Shown here piece after piece: positions 46,154-62,819 of a DNA stretch of 64,000 nucleotides. The translations under genes and the position numbers were made by a program. The notes under the pieces were generated by a model. That model did no database searches and was not told the origin of the DNA. It saw nothing but the letters and a program-made list of their open reading frames with translations. Source of the DNA: the human T2T-CHM13v2.0 reference genome, Homo sapiens; NCBI RefSeq assembly GCF_009914755.1, contig NC_060934.1. One strand, written 5' to 3'. The first letter of the stretch is position 1; every line of letters starts with the position of its first letter.

Positions 46154-46442
46154 TTATTTAGAGACAGAGTCTCACTCTGTAACCCAAGCTAGAGTACAGT
46201 GGTGTGATCATAACTCCAACTCCTGAGCTGAAGTCATCCCCCCACTTCAGCCTCCTGAGTAGCAGAGACTACAGGCATATGCCACCATGCCCAGTTAATT
46301 AAAAGAAAACTTTTTTTGTAGATACAAGGTCTTGCTATGTTACCCAGATTAGTCTTGAACACCTGGCTTCAAGCGATCCTCCGAAAGCACGTCGGCTTCC
46401 GAAAGTGCTGAGATTACAGGCGTGAGCTACCATACCCAGTCT
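46110..46442 (-). mobile_element. AluJ with a (TG)n(TA)n microsatellite at its tail
   Basis: antisense Alu preceded by TG/TA runs at 46110-46152. Confidence 0.88.
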
Positions 46443-46635
46443 GTTACTGTTATTGATCTTGTCATTATCATAGCTGTCTTTATTATAATCATCATTGCTG
46501 ATTGCCATTGTTATTACTATTATTATCAATATTGTTTCTGTCATTATTACCAGTGATAAAATAAAATTATTCTAGATCGAGTCCTACGTAAGATAATTCA
46601 ACAAATAAATAATTTTTACAAGAATACAGCATTAT

Positions 46636-46944
<309 letters not shown>

Positions 46945-46989
46945 TTATAGAAGGAAAACTTGAAAGCAATCTAAATGCCAATATACTAT

Positions 46990-47328
46990 CAACTTCAGCT
47001 GCAATAATGACATACCATGACTGGGACTTCCTCACAGTTCTGGAGGCTGCAGTCTAAGATCATGGCGCTGGCATTGTCAAGTTCTGATGAGGACCCTCTT
47101 CCTTGCTAGCAGATGGCTGTACTCTTACTGTGTCTTCACACAGGTGAAAAGAGAGCTCTGGTATCTCTTCCTCTCCTTATAGGGGCACCAGTTCTATCTG
47201 ATCAGGGGTCCATTCTTATGACCTTACTTAACCTTAATCACCTCCTTAAAGGCCACATCTCCAATACTGTCATGTGGAAGGTTAGGGCCTCAACATATGA
47301 ATTTTGGGGGGACATAACTAGTCCACAG
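46990..47328 (-). mobile_element. MLT1A/B-type LTR
   Basis: ctcacagttctggaggctg...tcaacatatgaattttggggggac. Confidence 0.75.
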
Positions 47329-47690
47329 TGACCAATAATAATAAAATTTTAAGTACAGTAAAACTGAGTGTTATACAATAATAACCATGCAAATATAAGA
47401 ACTCTAAAGCAAGAAAGAAAATAGATATCACATGAAAATATCAGGATATAAAATTTTAATATAAATATGTAAAGCACATGCTTATGAAAATAAAAAGAAA
47501 CATAGCATAATTATAACAGGGGTGATGTTAAAGTAAGAGCTTTATTTCTAAAGTGTTGGTACAATTAGACAATCTGAAAAATAAATTTTCATAGAAAGAA
47601 TACATAAATGAAAAGCTTCAACTGAAAAAAATCAAGAATAATTTCCAATCTAACATTCTATATTTGATTCCTGCTTATATCATTACCATC

Positions 47691-50388
47691 TCTATTAACT
47701 AGGATATAAGCTAAACTCCTGTAATGAGACCAATATAGTGGCTCAGATAAAAAAAGAATTTATTTCTCTCTCACGTTACAGTCAAGAGGCAGACAAGTGG
47801 TCAAGGAAAGGTAAGTAGCTTTGCTCTATAAGGTCATCCAGAGACTAAGATTCCTCCTGTTTTCTCTTACCACTCCTTGGGGCACTGCCCTCAGGTGCAT
47901 GATTGAAGCTAACTCACCAATGCTTCATTTACGGGGATGGGAGGGAAAAGAATATGACTAACAAGCCTCTTTTTTAATACAAATATGTTTTTAAAAGTAG
48001 CATATGTCACTTCCACTCTCATCCCACTGGCCAGAACTTAGAAATCTGGCTTCATCTGGCTACAAGGAGCGTAAGAAATACAATTTCTTTGTAGGGGTTA
48101 TGTGCCTAGCTAAATACGTACCAAAGGTGGGAGTGCATCCTTCTTCCCACTCTGAAATAGTCATCTCCTTTCTAAAGGGATAACTTGAAGTCTCATCCAG
48201 TTACTGGATTTAGCTTAAGGTCTAGGTCTCTGGGCAATATACAACCCTCTTCAACTCATTCACATCCGTGTAGCTCCTTCCTAGTCCAGCGGCTCGCAAA
48301 CTAACAAAAGAGTATAACCTCTGCTCTCCACCACCACCATCGCACACAAAATACAACTGTGGAATACAAATGAGATTAATGCAATTAAGTCTTCCATTCT
48401 GAAAATAAAAGAATAGCAAACACACATTTTTATCAATGATGAAACACTTCTAGAAAGGAATTGCAAAGTATCTCTGCTCTAGCAAGAAGGCAAGTCCCTT
48501 GGTTCATTTCAGATTCTGTTCTCTGAGGGGAAGACCCTTGTCCAGGCAGTCTTGGCTTTGCCTTTGGAAGATTTTTTCTTTTCCATTATCCTTTCTGGTC
48601 ATACATGAAACAAACTTGGAAGAGTATATGCTCCAATAGGGCAGCAAAGATCTAATAGCCTACTTCCTGCTGGTGCAAATTTGGGACCAAGGGTTGCTTT
48701 AGGTGTCAAACAATATCAAACCAGCAGAGGCTTTTGCAAGCCAAACTTATGGGATCTTTGGCAACATAATCTCCTAAAAATTTCAAAAGGTCTGTTTGCC
48801 TCAGTCAGTTCCACAAGAAAGTAGTAACCACAACTAAGGATTTAATCTGGTCATAGATATTAAGCTTGTCAACTCTCCTGTTTTATCTGCTGGCCTCTGT
48901 GACGCAGCCATCGCTCCCTCTCTTCAACCCTCTCTTGATTGAAGGTTAGCTACCTTGAGATTATCTGATTCACATCAGGAGGATTATACCACTCCAACCC
49001 ACTGACATCAGGACAGGCCATGTGACTTGAGATAATCCTTCTGACCTGACTGATTTCAGGCTTAGCCATTTGACTTGCTTTGGCCAATAAAATATGAACA
49101 AAAGTAACACGTACCACTTCCAAGACACTGGTTCTGCCATATCTCTTTTGCCTGTCACAAGAATGGCAATGTCCCAAACAGGCTTATTCCTTTGGCTTAA
49201 ATAATGAAGTGACAAAGTATGTGGAACACAGCCACAGCTAACATGTCATGAGTAAGAAATAAACCTTTGTTGTTGTAAGGAACTGAGATTTTGTATGTAT
49301 AACTGAAGCTTTTACATAGTTCAAATGACTGGTTGAGGTGGAAAAGCAAATCCTTAATTTGAACCTTGCCTGGACTGTCTGCCACTGTCAGGCCAAGAAA
49401 ATCTAACAGGAGATTCCTGAGAATGACTATCTTACCTCTTGCTGTTTGGCACAGAGAAGCAATTTTTTCCAACACTGCAATGCCCCATATTACTGGCCTC
49501 TCAGTCAATTCAGACCACAGGCCATTGGCAGAGAGAACCTCCTTTAGCTGTATATTATAACTAAAAACTATACTCCCTTTCAACTCTAATTGCAAACTGG
49601 CTAATCGTTCTCTTATTTGATGCCCTCTTGTAGTTACTGGCAAGGACGAATCAACTCATATTAACAGTCTGATTCTTTCTAACTACTTCCCTGGAGGTAC
49701 AAACTGGGTAGACAAATTAACTCTCTTCCAAGTTATTAGAGGTGACAGTCTCACTGAACATTTTGCCACCACATAATAAGGGTCACCAGTTTTCCAGCCT
49801 ATAACATGTTTTCTACTGTCTGTCGACCAACCACTTAACCAGTGCTATACATTTCAGCTTTTTAATTGTGGAACACCACTTCAGGCGCCAATTTTTGTAC
49901 TATACAGGCTATGGGCTAAACTGCTGTAATAAACTGATGCCAAAAACCAGTGGCTAAAACAAGAAAGTTTATTCTCTTCCTTGAAACAAGAGAGAGATAG
50001 GCAGATGGCCAGGGAGAAGATGAAGAGTAGTAATTGGTTCTGTTCCACAAGGTCATCCAGGAACCTAGGCAGAGGGATCTTTAGGTTCAAGGTAACTGTT
50101 GCCATTCCAGTTGCTGCTGCTTTCAGTTAGGGGGAAAGGGAGAGGGGTGGGCAGACGAAGTTCAGGACAAGCACCTTATATTTACAAAGATAACTCAGAA
50201 TTTGCACATATCACTTGTGTTCTTATCTAACTGGCCCAAATCTAATCACAAAGTCATACTTATTGGCAGGAGGAGTTTAAAAACAGTCTCTATGTACATA
50301 GCCATGTATCTGGCTAAACCAACAGGGTTCTGGTAGTAGAAGAAAGGAGGAATTAGATATTGGAGCAGAATTAGCAGTCTTTGCCACA
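47691..50388 (-). mobile_element. Ancient MLT1 provirus: LTR ~47691-48130, internal region, LTR 49896-50388; another MLT1 LTR nested at ~48970-49305
   Basis: two homologous LTRs (gctaaactNctgtaat, aaggtcatccag, ctggcc, atgtNNctNgctaaa); MaLR LTR-int junction aaattggcgcctgaagtgg on the minus strand. Confidence 0.7.
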
Positions 50389-50944
50389 CTCTCATACAAT
50401 CTATTCTCCATAGTCATCAGAGTTTCTTTAAAGGCACGGTTCAGACAATGGCACCCTCTGTTCCAAACCCTCCAGGGCTTCCTATTTCACTTAGCATAAA
50501 AACCAAAGTCCTCACAATGACCGACAAGTCTTCACACAATGTGCCCCTTCATTGCCTCTCTAACCTCATCTCCTAATATTGTTCCCATAAAATAAATACC
50601 AAATGTATTAAAAACCAATGTATAAAAGCTAAAACTATAATGCTAATGAAAGAAAAAGTTAAATAACATATTTGCAACCTTGGGATGACGAAAGATTTCT
50701 TCAAGATCTCAAAAGCATAAACATGGAAAAATTTTGATGGCGTCAACTTTGATGAATTGGACACCACAGACAAAATTAGAAGATAGGCAAAAGACTGGAA
50801 GAATATGTTTGCAACATCTAAAAAGGCAAGGGATTAAAATCCAGTGTATGCCAAGAACTGCTGCAAAAACAACAACCAAAAGATAGAAAGTGCAACTGAA
50901 AATCTGACAAAAAGGCAGAGGCAGACAATTCACAGAAAGTGAAG

Positions 50945-51134
50945 TTAAGTTTGCCAGATAATATACAGGATGCCCCACTGAATCTTAATTTCAGATAAAT
51001 AATTGTTGTTTTTTGTAGAAGCGTGTCCTGCATATTGCATGGCCCATACTTACACTAAAAATTTATTTGTTGCTTACCTGAAACTCAACCTTAACAAGGT
51101 ATCTGTATTTTTATTTGCTAAATTTGGAACTGTA
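50945..51134. mobile_element. MER53 (hAT) inside an old L1M (~50580-51250)
   Basis: ttgccagataa...caggatgcccc...ttatttgctaaatttggaact. Confidence 0.75.
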
Positions 51135-51487
51135 AGTGAAATCCATACGAGTAAATGAAGAGAATCTCACTCTCACTCACTAGTAATTAAAAAAATGCAA
51201 ATTAAAATTTGAGCTACCATTTTACCCATTATACCAGCAAAGACTAGAAAATAAGGCTTTTATTGAAGAACATGTAACTCTTTTTTTCCATTTTACTACA
51301 AAAGATAACCTAACCTAAGATTCTTTATCATATCACTAGGCAAATAAGAGCCCAACTATTCACTGCATGTACACAGAGAAAAACACATTTCAAATCCATT
51401 TATTTCATACTGCAGATAACAAGAATAATGCTAGTAACCATATTCAGGAATCAATTTTTTCCTAGGAATTTTAAGTACATATTTAGC

Positions 51488-51935
51488 GTGAACCTAAAAC
51501 AATCAAAAGGGTGAGATTGTAGTTTAGAGTTTATTCAAGCACAAAGGTTGAGGACTGCAGCCAGGGACACACTTCCAAGTTGCCTAGCTGAGTGCTCCAG
51601 AAAACAAAAGAGAGTCTCAAGTTTTTAAAGAAAAAAAGGACGAATCAGGAGAGGCGGCAATTACAAAAGCTGTTCATCAGAAATTCTCATTGGTTTACAA
51701 AAATAACATTGCTTGGTGATTGGATATACGTTGTTGAACTACAGGGTATATGGCATTTTATGGGTACTTGGCGTCAGTTAGTCTGGAGCCCCAATAGCAA
51801 GCAGCTTGAAGAGGTCATTATTTAGCTCTAGGGGGAATGAGATGTGACTGCTGTTACATTTTAAATTCCTTTCTGGGCCTGATGGTTTAAAGGAGGTTGC
51901 ATTCCCAAATAAAAAGGATTTTTTTTATTTCTCCT
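51488..51935 (-). mobile_element. ERV1 MER4-group solo LTR
   Basis: tgaacctaaaa...tttagagtttattcaagc...aaggttgagga resembles the antisense MER4-group LTR end. Confidence 0.6.
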
Positions 51936-52327
51936 TAGTATAAATTTATAAAGTTTAACTGTTAAAGATAACAGTGTTTGAATATCTTTTAGTAAACAAC
52001 AGCTCTGTCAAAAACAATATTACTTATTGTTCATAATGTTAATGTTATATTATAAATAATTTTATAATATATTAACTATAGTATTAATTTTCACACTAGG
52101 CTAAGATTAACCTCTTAAGGTTAACTATCATACAGGTCAGAAATTTGGTCTGTCAACAGAGACAAGAATCAGACTTTACATTTTCAAAGAGTGTTTCCAT
52201 AAAAATATCTAAATCACACATAGTTTTACCACTGGATTATTCCTACCTGGAAGGCAGGAATGAAGGTATGACACAAAAGCTGTAGATTAAGGAAGGAAAT
52301 AGGGGCTGCATATAAAAACAACAGCAA

Positions 52328-52405
52328 CTTTTTTTTTTTTTTTTTTTGAGACAGGCTCTCACTCTGTCACCCAGGCTGGAGTGCAGTGGCGCAATCTCAG
52401 CTTAC
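52328..52405 (-). mobile_element. 5'-truncated Alu
   Basis: poly-T plus ~55 bp of right arm, TSD ACAACAGCA. Confidence 0.85.
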
Positions 52406-52906
52406 AACAGCATCCATTTTTTAACATGTTATGAACTTATTACATACATAAATACAGACAGCACTTAGGGCATTTAAAAATAAAACTTCAATACAAAAAA
52501 GAAATTACACCAAAAACTCATTCTGACTTCTATAACTTCTAAGATAATGAATGCCCTAAATTTATTTTAACATCTCCATAGGAAAATAATAATTTAAAAT
52601 ATTACTGTGAAAGATCAATTTAGAAAAATGTTTTGTCACAGAGTAAATAGTTATAGATAGTACAGTAGTTCTTTATTTCATACTGAAAAAGAAAAATATT
52701 CTAAATAAATGTTAAACAACTGAAATATTGGGTTGGTGCAAACGTTCATTGCAGGTTTTGTATTGTTGGAATTTGCCGTTTGATATTGGAATACATTCTT
52801 AAAATAAATGTGGTTATGCTATATATCATTTTAATGGACATTTCTCACTTTGTTTTTTTTCTTAATGATTTATTATTTGCTGTTTATTTTATATTTATTT
52901 TAGACT

Positions 52907-54251
<1,345 letters not shown>

Positions 54252-54899
54252 TAAAGACGTGTCTGAGCCGACTTATAATGATTTAAAATTCACGGTCCAA
54301 AACCGCAATTACTTTTGCACCAACCTAATACTTTATATAAATGGTACTATGATCTAATAATTATAGTAACATGATTTGCAAATACTAAAATATTTTGCTT
54401 GCCTTGTTCTATAAAATATATGTAATATAATCACTAATCTTTCATAATGTTGATCAGAATACTTTCCAAGTAACATTCAAAAAGTAATCACTTCTAGATG
54501 TATCTCTAATAACAGCAAAAACAACAGACTTCTAGATCTATAATTCGGCATCTATCAAGACTAATTGTGGCAGGCACATAATATAACACACTCCCAAAAG
54601 AGAAAAAAAATAGACATAACCTTCACCATAGACAGCACAGCCTTCACCATAATTTTTAAAGCATTAATATATTTCCACAAATAATATATTACCTCTTGAA
54701 CTACATATAAAAATAATCCTTGAGGCAGCCTGGGTTCCAAATATATTGTCCTGAAATTGATAGACAGAAAACAAGTGATATTTGTACATCCATTTTTCTT
54801 TTAAGTTTCAGAAGAAAAGCAAAATCAAAAGTATGTTATATTAGCGCCATAGCTAACATCAACATGTTTGACATAAAAAGTACGTATTCTTCAACTTCA

Positions 54900-55265
54900 A
54901 GAAAGGAAAAGATTGTTCTTTGGCTCTAGTCCTAAGCTGGAAACAAGTAACCACAAAACCAGTTTTAAATCTACCCCAGTCAATCCATCCTTAAAGTCTA
55001 CTCAACCTTTCCACTTAAGCACTTTGCCAACAAAGTAAGCCAATCAGCAACTGCCCCGCTTCAGTACCTTTGCTCCTCAAAGCCGGTCAGTCTCTAAACT
55101 CTAAGTTTAAAGCTGGCTAATCCTTAAATTTTTGCACTTTTCAAAATCAGCCAATCTCAAACTCTGTGCTTCCTCAAAACCCTACATAAAAACGTCTCTG
55201 CCTGTTTAAAGGACTGTCTTCTGCAAGCACGGTTCTCCCCTACCCAGCAAGTATGGTTTACCAAA
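54900..55265 (+). mobile_element. Probable old ERV LTR remnant
   Basis: repeated agccaatc CCAAT boxes followed by a TATA-like cataaaa, typical of ERV LTR U3. Confidence 0.4.
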
Positions 55266-55617
55266 ACTCAGGTAAGTTTCTACTTAAGTCAAATTAGAAT
55301 AGGCTTACAAACACTGAATTACCAATGATTCAAGTGGCAACATGAGTTTCAAGAAACCTAATTAAGTTAGGCAAAGATTCTGTGAATTTATCCAGAAATT
55401 GTCAGATTTATTTATTGGAGAATATCTGAAGACACAGAATAGCTCAGTGGAAACAGCCAAACTACATTATGAGTTGGGTGGCACTGAATAGGTTATTTAA
55501 TATCTCTAAACCAACTTCTTTTTCTATAAAATGAGAGTAATAACTCTATTTCACAGTATTGTCAAGAAGATTAAATGGGATAACAATAACTGGTAACTTT
55601 AAAAGATTCCTAGGTAC

Positions 55618-55918
<301 letters not shown>

Positions 55919-56497
55919 CTAGGTATAAAGTTCTAGATTTGCTTTCATCACTAACTTATTAACACATATGGAAAGTCATTTAACCTAAGTCTGTTTCTTC
56001 ATTGGTCTAATAGTGAGGATAATGCATGCCCTACACATTTTATGGGCTGTTTGTAACAATCAAAAATGAAAATTAATGTGAAAAGGATTTTGACAGATAT
56101 AAACCATGAAACTGTGAAATAGCTAATTTAACATATACAACAATAAAGGGAATTCACACTAGGAAACCTGTTACAATCCAGGATTATATAAAGTCCAGAT
56201 TAAATTAATTTTAGTAAGAAAAATATTCATAGCCAAAAACAAATACAAAACCACTAGACACACTAGCAACCAAAAAAATTCAAGGCTACTATTATTAGCT
56301 CCAAGAATTATTTCCCATTCAGTAAATGAACCAAATTAGCTCAGCTATCCAACAAACTAAAAGCAGTACAACACAATCCTTTGTCCAAGTCAGGCATTTG
56401 CCACTTAAAACTACCACCTCCATTTCTAAAGCAAAAAAATAAAAAAATAAAAAAGGAGGAACAGAAGGAAGGAGGGAGTGAAGGAAGAAAAGATATT

Positions 56498-56720
56498 ACA
56501 GAATTTCTCAACATCAGGAGTACTGACATTTTGAACTGGATAATTTTCTGTTGTTGAGAAGTTGTCTTGTACATTGTGGGACATTCAGTGACATGCTATA
56601 ATGGCCTCAATCCACTAGATGCTAGGAGTAATGTCCCCACACACAAATGTGACAACCAAAAATGTTTTCTAGACATTGCCAAATGTCCCCAGAGTGTGTT
56701 GGAAAGTAAAAAATCATTCT
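56498..56720. mobile_element. MER3 (hAT-Charlie)
   Basis: ctgacattttgaactggataatt...ccactagatgc...gtgacaaccaaaaatgt...agacattgccaaatgtcccc. Confidence 0.85.
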
Positions 56721-57237
56721 GAGTTCAGATTCTTCACAGTATCATCTTCCAGTATTTATTTCACACTGCTTGGTGGCTTGCAATGCAGACTGAAATTAAT
56801 AGCTTTGCAATTGAAGAACCAAATAAGAAAATACTCCCTGTAGAATAGTAACAACTTGAAGAATAATAGCTACGTAGTTATGGTTAAATTATTCCTTTCA
56901 TCGACATACTGGTTTTGCTTACTATTCCCTAAGAATTTTCTTCTGGGTGTTCTTTTGGGGTTAAAACTTGGTTAACCTGTCACTAAAGCTTAGTCTCCAC
57001 CTAGACTTACTAATTATTAGCCATTAGTGTAATGTGTTAAAATCAAACCTAAAGATTTTAATTTTTAAGCAACCAAATGTGAAATGAAGCAAAAATAAGT
57101 GCTACTTATATAAATTATTTAAATATATTCAAACATTTAGAGTGTAAAGTACACAAACAAGCATCCAGCTACTACTACAAATATATATGAGTTGAAGATA
57201 ATAATGCAAAAATAAAAGTGATTGCAAGAAGTAGAAT

Positions 57238-58540
57238 TTTGACAAAAACAAGAAATGGGGAAAGGATTCCCTATTTAATAAACGGTGCTGGGAAAACTGG
57301 CTAGCCATATTGAGAAAGCTGAAACTGGATTCCTTCCTTACACTTTATACCAAAATTAATTCAAGATGGATTAAAGACTTACATGTTAGACCTAAAACCA
57401 TAAAAACCCTGGAAGAAAACCTAGGCAATACCATTCAGGACATAGGCATGGGCAAGGACTTCATGTCTAAAACACCAAAAGCAATGGCAACAAAAGCCAA
57501 AACTGACAAATGGGATCTAATTAAACTAAAGAGCTTCTGCACAGCAAAAGAAACTACCATAAAGAGTGAACAGGCAACCTACAGAATGGGAGAAAATTTT
57601 TGCAATCTACCCATCTGACAAAGGGCTAATATCCACAATCTACAAAGAACTTAAACAAATTTACAAGAAAAAATCAAACAACCCCATCAACAAGTGTGCA
57701 AAGGATATGAACAGACACTTCTCAAAAGAAGACATTTATGCAGCCAACAGACACATGAAAAAATGCTCATCATCACTGGCCATCAGAGAAATGCAAATCA
57801 AAACCACAATGAGATACCATTTCACACCAGTTAGATTGGCGATCATTAAAAAGTCAGGAAACAACAGGTGCTGGAGAGGATGTGGAGAAATAGGAACACT
57901 TTTACATTGTTGGTGGGACTGTAAACTAGTTCAAACACTGTGGAAGACAGTGTGGCGATTCCTCAAGGATCTAGAACTAGAAATACCATTTGGCCCAGCC
58001 ATCCCATGACTGGGTATATACCCAAAGGACTATAAATCATGCTGCCATAAAGAGACATGCACACGTATGTTTATTGTGGCACTATTCACAATAGCAAAGA
58101 CTTGGAACCAACCCAAATGTCCATCAATGATAGACTGGATTAAGAAAATGTGGCACATATACACCATGGAATACTATGCAGCCATAAAAAAAGGATGAGT
58201 TCATGTCCTTTGTAGAGACATGGATGAAGCTGGAAACCATCATTCTGAGCAAACTTTCACAAGGACAGAAAACCACACACCACATGTTCTCACTCACAGG
58301 TGGGAATTGAACAATGAGAACACTTGGACACAGGGTGGGGACCATCACATACCAGTGCCTGTCGTGGGGTCGGGGGAGGGGGAAGGGATAGCATTAGGAG
58401 ACATACCTAATGTAAATGACGAGTTAATGGGTGCAGCACACCAACATGGGACATGTATACATATGTAACAAACCTGCATGTTGTGCTCATGTACCCTAGA
58501 ACTTAAAGTATAATTTAAAAAATAAATTTAATTAAAAAAA
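57238..58540 (+). mobile_element. 5'-truncated L1PA (~PA5/6): ORF2 C-terminus, 3'UTR, A-tail
   Basis: [10 protein letters not shown]...[15 protein letters not shown]; [18 protein letters not shown] zinc knuckle; G-rich 3'UTR. Confidence 0.96.
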
Positions 58541-60339
58541 GAATTATATTTAAATGCTCAGTATGTACTATCACTGGGCTAGACACACTGTTTTCAACAA
58601 TAAATCTTCATATATATAAAAGTACTCATAAAATAGTTTAAAATTTGCTTGTGCAAATGTAAATTTTAAAAGGAATCTGAATTTTATTTACTATCTAGGA
58701 TGTTATATTTCGCATGGTCAGTGTTAGAAACAGAGGGTCCTGTTGTTTTCAGATAGAACTTACCATCACTCCCCCTCTGCTGGGAGCTACCTGACACAAT
58801 TAAATAACCATCAACCTGCCCTCACTGTGCCTGAACTTAAAAGTCAATAACACCTGAGCATCAATAGGCTATTGACTATGCAATTTTACTTTATACCATA
58901 TATGGGTATCTGATGTTCCTGGGAAACTAACTGCAAATGTGGTGTAAATAAAGACTAATCATTTCAACTCCATTAAATGTAGGGAAGCTACAAGAGCAGA
59001 TTTAAAACGTTGTGAACTGCAAAATGAGATGGCACCCCTCTACATTTACGTTAGTAGAGGGCTTCTGTTTAGAGTAATCATAGATCTGGTTATTTAGATA
59101 CTTTCCCAATGAAAGCTTAAAACAAAATATAATTTTATATATTTTTAAAAATTCTGAAATTAACCATAAAATCTACGGCAGTGCAATTTTATATAATTCT
59201 TACATGGTTTAAATTTGAAATACTCATGTTAGGAAGTAACAAAATTGTGACAACTGTTGAGGTTATGGTATGCCATGAAAGATCTACGGGAACAAGACAC
59301 ATCTTTTTTTGTTTGTATTTTTCTAGTCTCCATGTTCTACAATGATCCAGCTATACGAGATGTAATCTGCAATTCCACCTACAATATATATCACCAGATC
59401 CCCTTTCTATGACAAAAAAAAAATACATGTCAATGTTAGAGATGGTCAGCAAAGAAACTCAAACTTATTCCAATAGGTGGAACTTTGGCATGACACACTT
59501 AAACCGGTGGAAACCTGCCTGAATACTTCACCCAACCCCTCCATCACCCTCTATTATGCAAGCTGCAACATTTCAAGCCAACTCCCTTATTTCTCTGGTG
59601 AGCCCTGTCAACACTGAGGTAATAGAACTGGAAAAACTCATCACTTCAAAAGGACAGTCAAATATCAGAATTTATTTCATTTGGTAAAAATTCTATCATT
59701 GCCAAATAAAGCTAATGCAAATATAGTAAAATATGCATGATTTTGAGTAATTCTTTTGTTGAAAAGGACTCTTGGGGAGCCTCAACTTCATCCTGCAACA
59801 GCTTAGGCATTCTTTTGCCCCTTTGCCCTTTTCATGCCCCATCTCACAAGTCATGGAAGCTGGGGAGGGGAGGGTGCAGAAAACCCAAATGAACTAATCG
59901 GCATGTATTTATGCATTTAGTCTACTCTAATTTTATTCCCACAGGTTTTTCCTCATACCCTGCTCCTCTAAGGTAAAGAACTGTTTTATTCATCTCTGAA
60001 CTTCCAAAACCTAACCAAATGCCCATTATATAAAGTCATCCCTAACATCTACTACACAGCAGGCACTGGATTAGGGACTAGAGATAGAGAAGTCAAAGAG
60101 ACAGACCTTGCCCCTACGGAACCTACAGTGGGGAATACCAGATACTGGCTGCATGAACCCAGTCAGGTCGTAATCAAAGACCAGTTAGCACAGTCCCACT
60201 GCCTATAATCTTTCTCCCACAGACAACCAAAGCTTAGATGAAAAACAAAAGCATGCTTTCTCTTCAGAAAAATAAATGGGTATCTCCAACCCTGACCACT
60301 CCCCTGAGTTCCATATTCACAGGCATGCATACTCAACAT

Positions 60340-61930
60340 GTTCACTCGGAGGTGGTTACAGGGATTCAATGCATGGACTCCAAAGCCACAATGCTTAGGT
60401 TTGAATCCTAGCTACATCACTCACCAGCTGGGTGACTTCAGACAAGTCACTTATAACCTCTTTTTGCCTCTATTTTCTCGTGCTGTAAAATGGGGACAAT
60501 AATGGTTCCTTGCACATATAATTCTTATGATGATTAAATGAATTAATATAGGTTAAAGTACTTAAAACCCTGCCTGGGACTCAGTTTACGCTTACATAAT
60601 ACTATTTTTACTAGCACTGTTGTTATGACTATGTCTAACAGGCATTTAGAACTTGTGCAAAACTAAATTTGTAATTTTCCTCAGTAAACAGCACCACTAT
60701 ACTTCTAGTTGTTCCAGCCTAAACCTAAAAAATCATCACTTCTCCCTTTTCTTCAAATTCCACATCAGCTCGTTTCCCGTCAGCTCTACCTTCAAAACGT
60801 ATCACCAATTCTACCGCCTACCATCATCTCCACAACTAACCTCCCCCAGCCCAAACCACCATCATTTCACCTGCAGGGCACAGCAGCTTTCTCCCGATTT
60901 TCACTCCATCCGACCCACTCTAATCTACAGTTAATTCTCCATACAATAAAACTTAAATCAGACACCAGTCCCTTGATGCAAACCTTCCAATGGTTTTCCA
61001 TCACAGTTAGAACAACATCTTTACTTCACCACAGCCTACAAGGGACCCCACGGCCTGCCTGGCCCTTGACCATCATTGGCCACTACTTTCCCCGTTCCCG
61101 GCTGTGCTCTAAACACTCTCACTGTGTCTGGACCACCTCAGAGCATTGTCCTGTGCTGTTCCTGCTGTGAGGCCGAAAATACAGTCACCTGGAGCCTGGA
61201 CTCTGAAGTCAGACTGCCCACGTTCAAATAGTCTCTACCACGTTTTAGCTGTGCAACTTTGGCAAATTCTTAACCTTTCTGTGTGTCAGTTGCCTCATCT
61301 ATGAAAGGGAGATACTAGGTTACATCAAAAGACTTGTAAAAATTTAATTTAGTGTTCAGAATAGTGCCTTACATATGGTAAGCTCTACTTTTTTTAAGTG
61401 TTCATTGCTATTAATTATTCCTCTCTGAAATGTTCTTACCTCAGGCTCTTTCCCTCACACTTCAAGTGTCCCTGCCTTTGAATGGCTTTTCCTGACAGAT
61501 CCCACCAAAAACAACCTTCCCTGTTCCCCCACTGTCCTCCTTTCTTCCTTCCCTTCACTGCACTTATGACTACCTGAAATTACATTATGCACGTATTGTT
61601 CGTTGTCTATTTCCCACTGCAATATGAGCCCTGCTAGGTTGGAGGCTGTCTTCTTTGCTGCTCTATTTCCAGAGATTTCTGACTCACATCTCATCCAGGC
61701 TAGGGGACCAATGCGAATCTCCTAATAACAATAGCACACTTAGCCTTTCATTTGCACTCTCGTGATCTCATTTGATCCTGGAAAAACCAACAAACAGATA
61801 AACCATCGGCTCTCATTTTAGATAAGAAAAACAAAGTTCCAAGTTTGCGTGACTTGTCCTTGGACACGAAGCTAGTTAACGAATAGAACAAAAATTAGAA
61901 GCCCTGCTTTCTGATTCAAAGGCTCTTCCT
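60340..61930. mobile_element. Interleaved MIR and L2 fragments
   Basis: ggtttgaatcctagct...gacaagtcactt (MIR), aaaccttccaatgg (L2), gtgacttgtccttggacacg (antisense MIR). Confidence 0.7.
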
Positions 61931-62819
61931 ACCTGGATGAAAAGATATCACACTCCTGAAATGAATTTACAGAAATGTGAACTCTCGAGCTCCTGTATAA
62001 ATACACCCTGAAGTGTGCACAGTATTCTTCCCTTCAAAGTTCCTGAAGACTACTAGTCCCGGAGTTTGAGAGGCATTATAGTCTAGTAATAACTAATCGA
62101 TAATGTAGTACCCCTTGACCAAAATATTCAAGCAGTCAGATACGATGATTGGATATTCCAAATCGATACAGCAATCCTTAAAACTCAGTGAGTCTGTGTT
62201 GTCTATAATGTGCTAGTTCCAGCACACTGAAAGCTTCCTCTGCAAAACCCAGACAACGGGGGCATTGTAATTGCCAAGAGTACCGTGCTAACGATACCTG
62301 TTATTTCTTGGGATCCCCATTCTATCAAGTTTAGTGACAACAGTTCGATCACCCAACAGGCTCCAGTGTGGTATAGAATCAGATGGAGGGAAGGTTGTCG
62401 GGGGGAGGCAAAACAGTGAAAAAGTTCCCCTTCTACAAGATTCCTGGTCAAATAGCCAGTGGCTACCACATTCCTCAGAATAACCAAGTGTCTGTGTATA
62501 AGCTTTCTCCTAGCAAATTTACACACTTGTGTTATCTCACGTGTTCCTAGTGCTGTGGGAACAACCATTAGGGAGGCCAGAGGCTGCTGTACCTCCCTTT
62601 TACACAAAAAAGAAAACTGAGGCAGCAACTGGTTATCTTATAAATGTGTCCACGATGACTTGGTCACTTGTGGGATCCCAACGGCCAGGACATAGGATTC
62701 CTATTCTCTGAGAGGAAGCTTCCATCCCCTACTTAACATGTCAAACTCCAAGGCTGAGAGGGGGAAGAAAAGGAATCTAAGTCCCTTTATCACGGAAGAA
62801 AAAAAGGGACTCTCCATTT

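Noticed and set aside
52030-52125. AT-rich quasi-palindromes
   Set aside because: Low complexity with short arms; no miRNA-like or TIR structure
57310-58468. ORFs of 102, 147 and 82 aa
   Set aside because: Frameshifted L1 ORF2 C-terminus of a truncated element
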